Made by a program: the position numbers and the translations under genes. Under the pieces are notes generated by a model that worked only from the letters and a program-made list of their open reading frames with translations, was not told where the DNA came from and did no database searches. From Novakomyces olei (Eukaryota), in the NCBI GenBank assembly GCA_016906335.1, contig JADEYG010000002.1, positions 124,001 through 188,000 of the forward strand: a DNA stretch of 64,000 bases, written 5' to 3'. The stretch's first letter is position 1, and every line of letters starts with the position of its first letter. Shown here piece by piece: positions 50,145 through 62,433 of this stretch.

Positions 50145-50693
50145 GCATATTTGGCTTTTGTGGCTATTGGGGCTTACCAATGCATCTTGATTTTACATAT
50201 AATAAAGTTTATTGCAGCATTATTTTCGTAAGGTCCTCAAGAGCTTCCTTATAATACACAATTGCATGTAATTTCGAGAATGTTGTAATAATTATAGTTC
50301 CGACATGATGACTATTGACAAATACAAACTCTGCACAACCAAATATATATATCCCTGCTCAAAATACAATTTTTGAAGCATACAAAAATTCATTATAAAC
50401 TCGCTTTTGCCCTCTGGGAATGTCTAACTTTTACAATAATTGTCCTGGCTTGTATGGCAGTTGGCTACCCAAGCCTTGTCACACAGCCAAACCAAAGGAA
50501 TCAATTGAAAAAAAGGGAAACAAAATGTCATCTTTGTGAATTTTTAAAAAAAGAAGGAAAAATGAAGTGAAGTGAAAATAAAATTTTTGCTCAGTGACGC
50601 CAGCTCCATTGTTCAATTATTTCATTTCCTTCACTACTTTTCCCATCTCTTCTTCCTTCTGTTCTTCATTTCATTATCAGTTTCCTTTTTAAA

Positions 50694-52088
50694 TCAAAAA
50701 TCCTCATGCCCATCATGATCAAACAAAAACTTTTCAAACGTAGATGAAACGTCTGAATGAGCGTCTCCGTTGATCCCGTCTTCGCCATCGCCTTGAATCT
50801 CAATTCCAGCATCTCCTTCGGCCGCCTGAGCCTCATCTTTCCTGGTCTCTGTACTATGACCATTCGCAGTATTTTCATTATTTGATGAAGATGCTGATTT
50901 TTCAGGATCAATTCCATCCGAGTCCTCATCCTGTTTTGGCCGCTCAGCGGTATCCGTCACTTTGTTTCCGAAATCGGTTTCTTCTGTCTTTATCTTTGCA
51001 TTTACCTTTTCAGTCGTATTGTTTTGCAGACTAGTCTGTCCCCCACTTTGGGGTGGTGGTGAGCCCCCACTGCCTTGCGCAGCTGGGCGTGGCCCGTTTT
51101 GAGATTGGCCCCCACCGGTTTGAGGAGTAGGTGGAAGCTCTGCACTTTGTGGCTGACCCCCACCAGGCTGTGTGGGGGCAGTGGGTGCAGTGGGGGCCGT
51201 TCCCTGTTCCGGGGTACTTGGCGTTGGAGACTTTCGGGACTCCTTGTCAATTTCGGGTGCAATTGGAACTTTTGCCGGCCTTTTCACGGGAATCTGTGAC
51301 CTCGTTGGCCCACCGGCTTGTTCCCTCTTTGCACCTTCTATGGAAGTCTCTCCCGCCTTCCCCGCGGCTTTCAAATTTGCCTGTTTGCCTCTCCTTACAT
51401 CAATTGCCGCTGATCGCTGGTGGCCTCTTGAGGATTGTTGGGCAGAAAGTGCCTTTGCAAAACTCTGCAGAGCCCGGCTCGGAGCGGATTTTGAGGCTAT
51501 AGAGAACGTGATAAGGTCACGCATATTAAAAAGCGTCTCGTTTATTTCAAATAATCGAATCTGTGAGGCCGCCAGACCCCAAGTCGCAATAGGCGATAAA
51601 CATGCGACTTCACCATCTTCATTGTTGCCGTCAGTCTTTGGCCGCGGAACAAATTCTGAATATTCGTCTGTGTGTAAATGTAAAAGCTCAATCTTCAAGT
51701 ACGGCGTCGTGGTAAATAACGCCCGAAGATTGCCACGGTGCACAACTTGAGCACCGTTATTGTACCAATATATTATTGTTGCCTGAGAACAATGTACCAT
51801 GTGCGCCCCAATTTGCGTGAAAAATTCCGAGGTGTGGTCTAGAACAATTTGAATTTTACGCAGGCAAATCCCATCATTCTGAGGCGAATGGATTCCTAAA
51901 AAGACCCGTGCTAAGCCGTTCACGGAGAGATCAAAAGACTTATCGCCCTGGAAAGATACTCGATGGATCGCTGTGTCTGAGTAGAATTCCCTCACAAATT
52001 TTTGCCATTCTGCCAAATTTGTACGAGGAAGCGCTAATTGCTGCGTATATTGCACTAAACGGAGCGTCGCGTTTCCGAGCGGCGCCAT
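50694..52088 (-). CDS. LIM-domain-binding-family transcriptional cofactor (Adn1/Mfg1/PtaB-like)
   Basis: LRLVQYTQQL..WQKFVREFYS..KSFDL..YWYNNGAQVVHRGNLRA..EFVPR..WGLAASQIRLFEI..MRDLI, followed by a low-complexity C-terminus. Confidence 0.8.
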   Translation of the reverse strand: MAPLGNATLRLVQYTQQLALPRTNLAEWQKFVREFYSDTAIHRVSFQGDKSFDLSVNGLARVFLGIHSPQNDGICLRKIQIVLDHTSEFFTQIGAHMVHCSQATIIYWYNNGAQVVHRGNLRALFTTTPYLKIELLHLHTDEYSEFVPRPKTDGNNEDGEVACLSPIATWGLAASQIRLFEINETLFNMRDLITFSIASKSAPSRALQSFAKALSAQQSSRGHQRSAAIDVRRGKQANLKAAGKAGETSIEGAKREQAGGPTRSQIPVKRPAKVPIAPEIDKESRKSPTPSTPEQGTAPTAPTAPTQPGGGQPQSAELPPTPQTGGGQSQNGPRPAAQGSGGSPPPQSGGQTSLQNNTTEKVNAKIKTEETDFGNKVTDTAERPKQDEDSDGIDPEKSASSSNNENTANGHSTETRKDEAQAAEGDAGIEIQGDGEDGINGDAHSDVSSTFEKFLFDHDGHEDF

Positions 52089-53091
52089 TTCGCGCCTCGA
52101 GTTGCAGCGATGGCCGCTTGCGGTTTTCGTGATAGAATAAATAATTACACTGCATTTAATATACGCCCTGGTAGCCTTTTAGATTATCATTACATTTTCT
52201 GTCGTGCTATTATTATTCAGTATTTATATACTACAGATATTGAGTTACCGTAGTATATTTGCTATGAATATGAGTAGAATAGTCATAATGGATACTTCCA
52301 TAATATAATCATTTAATCAATGTACTAACCCTAACCCTAAACATGACTGTAACACTGTTCTCTTGTAAGAAGTAGACGGAGTGCTGTATATTGCTTGCTG
52401 GAAATTTATAGCTCAAGCAGTGCTTTGAATATACACAAGTAATTTAAGAAGGGTATAAAAAAGATAAAATTTCTCAGTCAGAATCACAACAAATTTGTGG
52501 CGACGGCTGAAAAGGTTTCTACACGTCTTTAAGGCCAAAAGATATTTTGCAGAGTCCTGTCAATTGCAAAAGACACTTGTTCTTTGCAGCATTAGATGTG
52601 ATGAGTCCAATTTTACTTCTTTTCGTTGTCTTATCGACTATGGTGACAAATTTTTGACAGACAATTTAGCCAGTCATTTATTCTGATCTAATGTTGGAGG
52701 CAAGGCCCTGCAATATCTTTTGGCCTTGAAGGCGGTTTTATTTTAAGAGCTGTCGAATGTACGGGCAATGAACAGGGAAAAGGGCATATGATGAAATTTC
52801 CATTCAAACCATTTGCAGTTTTCACGGACGGCAACGTTTGAACCCAATCTAGTTGCCAGTGACGTCCAAGACCTTCCATGGATGTCTGATGTCCTTTTTC
52901 CTTTCTTGCTTGTGCGTGCACAAATGTTGCCTGTGCGTTTCAAAGCTTGCAATTTCCTATCGTTTGTATAAATATTGAAAATTACGAAATGGCATTTATC
53001 AATTCAGTCTGAAAACAGCAGTAAATTATGATCCAACTCCATTTAATTAAATCTGTAAAAATACAAATGTTCAATGATAAAATAAGTCTAT

Positions 53092-54823
53092 CTACATGAC
53101 CGTGCAGCCTGGTCCGGATTGCGCTAAGCCCAAACTTTCCAGCTGATCCTCTAAATTCTGCTTTTCGTTGAGCGATTGCTTTTCTTTTGCTTCACGAGGG
53201 AAATACGCGTTCAAGAAATTCATGAGTGAGACATCAATGTTTCCTGAATCAGCCAGCATTAAACCTTCGCATCTACAAAGCGGGCAGTGATTCTCGTTTG
53301 CCCTTTGTAATCGTACAAGGCACCGAACGCAAAATACATGAGAACAGTTTAACCGTACCGGTTTATAAGCAAGGCAGGAGCAGATGGGACACTCGAAATC
53401 TTGGGGCTGAGGAACAATAGAGAGCAAGTTTGAATGAATAGAGTAGTTCATTTTCCGAACAAGTGACATTTCCGACGGTGTTTCCCACTCGACGAACCTG
53501 GTAAAGGACTGTGCCACGCTAAAACAAAGTCAGTCTCGCTTTATTGATTTCGTTTCGTTTAAACAATTTTAACAGTTTTAATTATCAATCTTTTCTCTCT
53601 TTGCAAACTTACTGTAAATTTGTCCGCTTATCAAACTTTTTCAAAATCTTCCCCAGTGCCTTTTTGTTCACGTCAAGAAAAGATGCGTATTGAATAATAC
53701 CAGTATTTAATTTGATAAACTGGTCAAAAAGTAATCGGCTTTCTCCCGACGACATGTGATCCCTTAGCTTGGCCCTTTCACTTGTTTTTAAAAACTCATA
53801 AAACCTCTCAGAAGCGACTTGTGCCTGTCGATCGCCTCTGTCCCGTTCTGCATTGGACACAAATATAGATGCGTCTAGATACATTCGGAAGGTTTCGCGC
53901 CATGCATACAGATCTTTATTTGCCTTCTTTTTATTACCACGATGAAAATCGGGTCGAACGATGGCGCCAATACGTTTGGAGATATCAGAAACTGCTGATT
54001 CTAAGATGTCACGTTGCTGAGTCTGTAATTCGCCAAGAGCAGCAATTTCAGAGGTAAGCAAATGGAAAAACAGTGAGTCAGCTCTCATGGAAACTTCCAA
54101 GGCAGTAAGGCCATTTTCGTGCGAAACCTTATAATCCAAGTGCTGGTGACGAAGGGGCTCAAAGACGGTCTCTTCACTCCCGGACAAGACCTTTTCCACT
54201 TTGTGTGTTAATCCAGTACCATCGTCTTCGTTGCTCCAAGCCGTCTCTGTAAAATCTTCTGCCTCTAAACTATTTGTCTGTGTACCACCGAGCCGAGAAA
54301 GAGCAACGATGTTTTCAATACTGGCCAAAGGCGAAGAGGGTTCGATTATCGTATCGACATGCAAATCTGGAGAAAGCTCGATACGTAGCAAAGGCCGTAC
54401 GTCTTTTTGATCGCCTAAAAAATTAGTTAGCCGCGAAATTCAATGTATCTTGTTTCTTACGGCTAAAAGAATAAACGAGCCGAGCGCCATTGTGTTCGGC
54501 ATCGGCAGACTCTAATGAACGACGGATCGTTTCCGCGTCCAATCCGAGAAGAGACAGCTCTAGAACGACCTTTTGCAAGTTAAATATTGACTTGTCCTGT
54601 CCTAAAATATTGAAAACAAAATACAATGAAAACAAAAGCACGCCAAAAAGTATACCTGGTTTATACATTTCTGTTTCAAGGTTAGCAACCGGTAGAGCAA
54701 TTAGATATCCACGTTACGGGTTTCCCATACCTTTAGCGTCTTGTACTGAATCGCAAGAGGCCGCCAGTCGGAAGGAATATGGTTCTCTTCAAGACTGCGC
54801 TCCAGCTCTTTGCCGAACTTCAT
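53092..54823 (-). CDS. SPX-RING ubiquitin ligase (Pqr1/Spx1-like)
   Basis: First exon MKFGKELE..WRPLAIQYKTLK; SPX end NKKALGKILKKFDK; C3HC4 RING CPICSCLAYKPVRLNCSHVFCVRC..CPLCR. Confidence 0.9.
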
Positions 54824-55315
54824 AATGTGCGTCTCATCTCTGCATCAGCGGTTATTTTGCTCTTTTAGTGAAGGGTCAGTCAGCTGCAAGTGCATTTGAT
54901 TGTGAATATCGAGCAGCGAGCGATCTAGGCATTTTATTTATGCGAATAATATTTTGTATTTGGTGCATGTGGCACACTTTTTCCAGTATTTTAATTGTCT
55001 ATTTTGTACTGTATTTTGCTCTTTTTCGTACTAGTAATGTATCGGCCGCGAGTTTGTACTGTACTTTGAACTGAGCTAGTATTGCACTTTTCCTGTAATT
55101 TATACAGTATTTAGCACAGTTTTCTAGTGGTAACCTATCTTTCATATATTAGATCCCCATATTATGTTTACATATTATTTACATTTATTCATATATTAAA
55201 TTCACATATTATTAACCTACTCCACATATAATGAATTACTCCTATATACAAGCCTATTATGTCATCTTGATCTAATGACGTACCTGTCCGTCAATCTGAC
55301 TATCCACGAGGCAAA

Positions 55316-57383
55316 ATGCCACAGGACGACGATCTAAACTCGCTGCTCACGACAGAGCAGCGAGCAGATTTTCTTCTAGTTATTTCCGGTGCGACAGAAT
55401 GGATGGGACAGCAGCTTGATGCTGCCTTCGTTCACCGTCAGCCGAGCAAACTGTCGGACCAGCATCCTTTCCTAAACGACGATCAGCAGACTCAACTGCA
55501 AATGAATTCTGATCCTCTCGTACCTCAGTCTGCCAATGACAATGGCAAAGATGAAGATGACGGAATCGAAGGCGAAGGCGGAGGCGAAGTGGAAGATCCG
55601 GAAGATGAATCGGCACTTGTACGCGATGGCCAGTCGCCACAGAAACTAAAAACCTCCGATCCTGGGTCTACTCCAGAACTTGATGAATTGCACAAGAATT
55701 GCCGTCAGACATTCGATAATTGGCGATTGACTGTACTTCAGCGTGTTGGCGAGGTGATAAACGCCAATGGCAAAGAGCCTGGTAATTGATTGATTAATAA
55801 TTTATTTAATAATTTATTTATTGATATTCTTGCTAATCACTAACTCTTTCGCAGAAAATAAACCTCCCTCTAGTACGAGCAGCGACGCGGGTACGCCTCC
55901 ACACTTGGCCAATTCCAAAGTCAAACCTCCACACTCTATTCAAACACCGCTGCGAGCATCCTTGGACCGCAATTACAGATCTCTTCTGGTAAAAGCACTT
56001 TTGCTGCTCCTGCTTTCTCTCGAGACTTACCCGAGCTACTCACGTACACTGCTGCGTATCGTGTCCGCCAGCCTGGGAATCCCTCAAACAGAACTTGCCG
56101 AGCATGAAAAATCCGTAGCAAAGGCGCTAGTAAAAGCAGCAAAAGAAATGTCGGGTGAAGCCGAACGCGAAAAACGCGCTGCTGAATCCAGCAAGTCGCG
56201 TAAGTGGAAGATTGGACTTGCTTCTGTTGCTGGTGGAATCCTTGTTGGAGTTACAGGCGGCCTAGCTGCCCCTCTTGTTGCTCTCGGAATCGGATCCGTC
56301 TTTGGCGGGATTGGACTGGGGGCAACTGCGACTGCCACTTACCTGGGGGCTATGGCCGCCTCCAGTGTCCTTGTTGGCGGCCTCTTCGGTGGCTATGGAG
56401 CCAAAATGGCGGGTCAGCATATGGCGAGGTACGCTCAGGAAGTGCAAGATTTCCAATTTATTCCGCTGCATACAGACTCGAGGCTTCATGTTACAGTAGG
56501 CGTGACTGGCTGGCTTACTGACCGGGAAGAAGTCACGTCGCCCTGGCAAGTGCTCAGTGACGATGGAGACCAGTATTGTTTGCAATGGGAGACCCAAGCA
56601 CTGACCGACTTGGGCACAGCCTTGTCTGCAATGGCCTACAGTGCTGCCTTCCAGTACCTTAAAGTAGAGATTATCAAGCGTACAGTTTTAGCTGCCTTGA
56701 TGACGGCACTATGGCCTCTTGGGCTTTTAAAGGCGGCCAAAGTGCTGGATAATCCGTGGAATATTGGACTTACTCGTGCCCATAAAGCAGGCCAAGTACT
56801 GGCTGATGCTATAATAAACAAGTCTCAGGGTGAGAGGCCGGTAACGCTGATTGGCTTCTCCCTGGGGGCTCGAGTCATCTATTCATGTCTGCTGGAATTA
56901 AGCAGGCGCAAGGCCGGCTGCGATTTAGTGGAGAACGTTTACATGCTGGGAACACCGGCCCCAGCAAATGAGCACGATTGGCGACGTCTGAGAGCGGTTG
57001 TTAGTGGCCGCCTGGTTAATGTTTACTCCCGGAACGATTATATCCTCGGGTTCCTATACCGTACAAACAGCGTGCAATACGGTGTAGCCGGGCTGCAGCC
57101 AATTGAGCAGGTAAACGGTGTGGAAAACGAGGATATTTCTGATATCCTCGATGGGCATTTGCGGTACCGGTGGATGGTGGGCCAAGTGCTGGAACGAGTT
57201 GGTGCTGAAGATTTGGTGCAGCAAAAGGTTAAGGAGCAATCGGACGAGGGAGAGATTGTAGAGATGCAGGAAAGGATGAAACACGGCGACAAGTCCACGG
57301 AACAGGTGCTGTTTGACGTTGATAATGAACGCAACAGTGAGAAATTGGGAGAGGTGAAGAGCGGTGATTCTCGAGCAGAGTGA
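55316..57383 (+). CDS. DUF726/TMCO4 (Mil1-like) alpha/beta-hydrolase-fold membrane protein
   Basis: GILVGVTGGLAAP, LDNPW, GERPVTLIGFSLGARVI (GxSxG), VSGRLVNVYSRNDYIL and GHLRY; one intron at about 55782-55854. Confidence 0.9.
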
Positions 57384-57590
57384 TTGAGTAGTTCAAGTAT
57401 AAATAATATAATTGTAATTAAACCTATAGATTATATATACAGAAAATAAATAAAATATAAAAATATAAAAAAGTAATTAATAATTAATAATTAATAAATT
57501 ATAATTAATAAATTATAATTAATAAATTATGAATTATAAACTATAAATTATAAATTATACTTGCTTTGACTGTGATTATTCGCCATCTCA

Positions 57591-59102
57591 CTAGTCCGTC
57601 AAGTCCCGGCACCAAGGTCTTCCGTGCGCGACCTGATATCTGCACAGTAAAGGCTCGAGCCAAATGCTGAAAAGAGCACTAAGAGCAATTCCGGTAGCGT
57701 CGGCAGTGCTTACAATGGCCACAGCCAGCTCGCGTTCGTTAGCAGCGACGCGTTGCATCACTAGGCGGTATGCGTTTACATACACAAGACCCCCGAGCAA
57801 TCCTTCCCATACGAAAACTGCCAGCAAAAAGTAAATACTAGGAAAAAAGAACAGAATTGCCTGCGCTATGCAAACCGTAAAATTAACAACTTGCAGCGCT
57901 GAGGCCACAGCTATCCTGTCGACGGGGACAAACGTAACGGAAGAACGACTCATGAAAACGCCAATCTGGTAAATAGCACAAAAAGTTGGATACATGTCCC
58001 TGTAGTGAGAAAACCCTGGGCTTTCAGACAAAGGGAACAATAGCGTTGGTGCTATTCCTTGGTTGATCAAGTACTCGCTAAAGTACACGACAAACAACGG
58101 CACGATAAAGGGGCGAAAGAGACAACGAAACAGTTTTATACCAGAAAAGCCATTCTCTCGTGAGTTTGGGGTCAGTGCGGTTCTTGCAGGCTGACATTGC
58201 TCTGGCAAAAGGTGTTGTGTTACTGATTGATGTGTGTCTGTGCTTGTGTCTTGATCTGTAAAACTAGACTCCTCCACAGCGGGCACAGGGTACGGCCCAG
58301 TCTGCCTTTGCCCAGGCAGGACAAGGTAGAAATTGAACAAAAGCAGCAAAGGAAGAAGCGCAAGACTCAAGAGGGAGGACCGGACACTGAGGCCAATGTA
58401 CGTTGTCAAGACGAGGTAAGCATTTGCGCCGATAACGCCAGCGGCTCCCGTACCACAGGCAAAGGCCGCTAGAGCTGTAGACTGATCGTAGCGATTTACG
58501 AGCTGAAGAAAAGTGACCTCGCCAGCTCCACTGCTCGCAGAAGCAAGCACGATTCCTATAAGCTTATGGCCGATACCACGGCCGGCGGCAATAAGAAGCA
58601 TCCCCACGATTGAGCAAGCTACGCATGATGAGACACGGAGCCTTTAGTTTAGTATAGGACGATGAGGATAAAAAGGCAATAGCCCAGAAACCTGCCGAGG
58701 CCCAGCAAGAAGTAGCGGTCGGGTAAAGGGCATCGACGGGTCAGATATGGCAGATAATCGTATGTATACAAGAACGACGCCAGATCCAGCCAATCCTCAA
58801 TTCCTACGGCAAACTTACCCAAAAGAAACCAGGTGAAAGTTTAGTAGAGGCGCGGCAAATTTAACTAGGAGGCCCGGCAGTATATCTGCGAGCAGGATAA
58901 TGCCCTTTGCGTGATCTGGGCCGATAAGGTCTGATTGTAAGCAAAGATAATTGCCACCATGCTTCGACTTGCTGTACCTAAAGCCGCCTGGCGATGTTAG
59001 AATGTATATGAACAATGCTTTTACACTAAGAATAACGACGAAAAGGACGTTGTTTACGAGTCCGAACGAGAAAAAGGGCAGAGTCACGCGCGATAGCAGC
59101 AT
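57591..59102 (-). CDS. BTN1: Battenin (CLN3 homologue)
   Basis: FGLVNNVLFVVILS|AAL|DLIG, LLADILP, GEVTFL, GTGAAG, VYFSEYLINQG, YQIGVFMSRSS and EGLLGG..YVN. Confidence 0.93.
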
Positions 59103-59510
59103 CGGCTGCCTCTCAATTGTGAGCCCTCCTCATATATTAACTAGTGCTGTCTTTATTGGTTTTTATTATTATAGACCAAATACTTTTATATACAAAATAT
59201 TTTTTGATATTATATACAATTACTATATTATACAGTTACAACACATATTATGTTGTAGTCGAACCCAAACGTATATTAGGTTTAGGGTTTGCTAGGGTTT
59301 GCTAGGGTTAGTTTGGTAAATATATATATTCGATATAGCCTACATAAACATATCCATCCGTCTTACTAACAATTACATATGTATCACGTGACCCGTCCTA
59401 TTTTACGGGGACGACGTCCTTTGATCGGTGATACGGCACTCGTTCAATCCAATCACGAGTTTTGGGCGGCAAAGATACTTAAATCGACGAGGTACACGAG
59501 GACATGAGCC

Positions 59511-61299
59511 ATGTCGGCAGTATACTCTGTATCTAATGTAGACGTCAAGTAAGAAAACGCAATTATTAAGTCTAACCGTGATCAAGGCTATGCGTGTGCA
59601 TGGTCGGTCTACCGGCTCGCGGCAAAACATATATTGCAGAGAAGAGTATGTGCTCCCGGCAGTGAATTTTCTTGATTTCTTTTTCTTTTGATTTCTTATT
59701 CTCTTGATTTGTTTACTATATTGCTTCGCCTTCAATGGTTGTGCCTGGTTATGCCTGGAAATATAATATGGCTACACTTTCCCCATGACCTTTCTTTGTC
59801 TCTCTTGGTTGCTACTCGTAGCCGCTCGTCGTCAAATGGCCTTTACTTTATCATTGTTTCTTAGTCTGTTCTTTCAACTTGTTCCTTTACATGTAAGCCG
59901 AGGCTGATACAGTAACTAACGTTAGTTCGTCGATATCTCACATGGTACTGGTGACTTTATTCTTTGGAGAAACTTACAAAAAAGGCTCTCAATCCCAACT
60001 AAAACGTTTAATGTGGGCAATTATCGGAGAGAGGCATTTGGTGGTGTTTGCAGAGCAGACTTTTTTGACCCGCGCAATGAAGCGGGCGAAAAGTCTCGAA
60101 CAGAAGCAGCAGAAGCCGCGGTTAGTGATATGCTCAAATGGTTCAAGGCGGGAGGCGTTGTGGGCGTATTGGACGCCACGAACACGACTCGTAAAAGACG
60201 TCAATTATTGACAGAGTGGCTGTCTCGTGACGGTGTGCAGATTATGTTTGTTGAGAGCGTATGCGATAACGAACAGGTAGTCAACAACAATATCATGGAC
60301 GTCAAGATCAATTCTCCCGACTATGCCAAGCTGGATGCAGAGACAGCAGCAAAAGACTTTCGTAAGCGGGTGAAATACTACGAGTCGGTTTACGAGACGG
60401 TGGAGGAAAGCGAGCTTACTTATTGCAAATTAATCAATGTTGGGTCCTCAATTGTAATCAACCGTATTCGTGCGTACCTAGAATCACGGATCGTTTACTA
60501 CCTTATGAATTTGCACGCTCGTCCGCGTAACATTTGGCTTTCTAGGGTATGATTTGTTTCTATACATTGTGTATTTTTATCGATTTTTATCGATTTTTAT
60601 TACTCTTCCTTACTAATTTGCAGCACGGCGAAAGCCAATATAATCTGTGGGGCAAAATTGGTGGTGACGCGCCCCTGTCTGAGCGGGGTCGGGACTATGC
60701 CAGACGTCTGCCCGACGTTGTCAAGAAATCTGTCGGAGATCGTGATCTTAAAGTCTGGACCTCGACACTTAAACGCACGATTGAAACAGCTGCGGGACTT
60801 CCATACAAGAAATTTGAATGGAAGGCGCTTGATGAATTGGACGCCGGTGTTTGCGACGGAATGACATACGAAGAAATTGAAGAAAAGTACCCGGAAGAGC
60901 AGGCATCGCGAGACGAGGACAAGTACAATTATCGTTACCGCGGCGGCGAATCTTATCGAGACGTGGTTATTCGCCTTGAGCCCATTATTATGGAGCTTGA
61001 ACGTCAAGAAAACGTCCTCATCGTGTGCCACCAAGCTATTCTACGTTGCATTTATGGATATTTTCACAATCTCAACCAGGAGGATCTGCCTTATGTGGAT
61101 ATTCCGTTGCATACGGTATGAAGATTTGAATTTTTTAAATTTTTTAATTATTATTCGACGAAGCTAATATCAGGTTATCAAACTGACCCCACGGCCTTAC
61201 AGTACACAAGAGGAACGGCTCAAAGTCGATGTTCCTGCCGTTAGTACTCATCGGCCGCGACCAGCAAAGGCAAAAAGCTCGATGTCGGGCGTAAAATAA
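59511..61299 (+). CDS. FBP26: 6-phosphofructo-2-kinase/fructose-2,6-bisphosphatase (Fbp26-like)
   Basis: MVGLPARGKTYIA, FNVGNYRR, LDATN, WLSR|HGES, LDELDAG and RYRGGESY; multi-exon, with the stop at 61297-61299. Confidence 0.93.
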
Positions 61300-61766
61300 C
61301 GGGACTGGTCAGTAGTTTATGGCCTAAATTCAATGCGCGCAGCAAAACTGAGCTTCGAGGGAGGTTGTCTGTAGTTTGGTCCGGTGCATGGCATCTGAAG
61401 TATGATAATAATATATTTAATCGGTATATTGTTTTCAGTATGTGATTGCAAGTACGATCGACGGCTCTTGGTAAATACATTTAGAAAGATGAACGGTTGC
61501 AAAACGGAAACCTTTTCACTTTTTGTTTAATTCTGTGGAATTTTATGGAACGGCAGGATTTGTGGCGTACGAGACTGATAATATATTGAATATGAGACGT
61601 GAATGCGAAATTAATGAAATTGGAGATCTGACCAGTAACAGTATAGCACAGCATAAGCACGATCACTCTGCAGGAAAAAAAAAGTTCAAAAAATAAAATT
61701 AATTAATTAAATAAATAAATTAAATTCCACAAAGACATCGCGGCCTATAGACCTTTGACCGCATGC

Positions 61767-62433
61767 TCAGCAAAGCTCAGGCATGCGCAAAACGCCTTTA
61801 CGTTCAGCGCGCACGTGAGCCTGGATAGCCTTCAGTACAGGGCTATCTTGCCACCGTTCGGGAGGATCCTTTTTGCCGATAGCCCAATAGTATCTGCAGG
61901 CATTAGTAAACAGCTGGATATATAAAATGTAGAGGACAAATCAATAGCAAGCGATGTATGAGGCAGGCAGCTTACATATCCCAGTCGGGCTCGTCCAGCA
62001 GTTTATCATACTCCCGTAGCTGCACTTCAGAAAACCCTGCGAGTTGCTCGCTGGCAAAAGTGCCGAGCAGCAGATCCGTTTCCAGAATCCCTCTCTTCCG
62101 GCTCTGGTAGAGCATACGTGCCCGCAGCACATCCACAGGCTCATTAGGCCGTGGGATCGGCTCAATCGGAGTCAGATCTTCGTCTAAAGCAAGTCCCCTA
62201 TGTCTCGCATCGTGCAGAGGAAACGGATCTTGCGGGACAGTTACAACGTCATCTTTCTCACGCGTAGAAAGCTCCGCGTAATCCTGATCGGCACTCGTCT
62301 CGGAGCGTTTTTTCTTTCCTTCTGGTTCGAAGATGGGGAACCATCTCGCGCCTGTGTTCGACAGGGCACGAGTACTCGACACGCACACTGTCAGCGTACG
62401 AGGCCGAGCTGATAACATACGTATAGCATACAT
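61767..62433 (-). CDS. SDH5: Succinate dehydrogenase assembly factor 2
   Basis: Presequence-like N-terminus, [20 protein letters not shown] and [12 protein letters not shown]; the second exon ends MPELC*. Confidence 0.95.
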
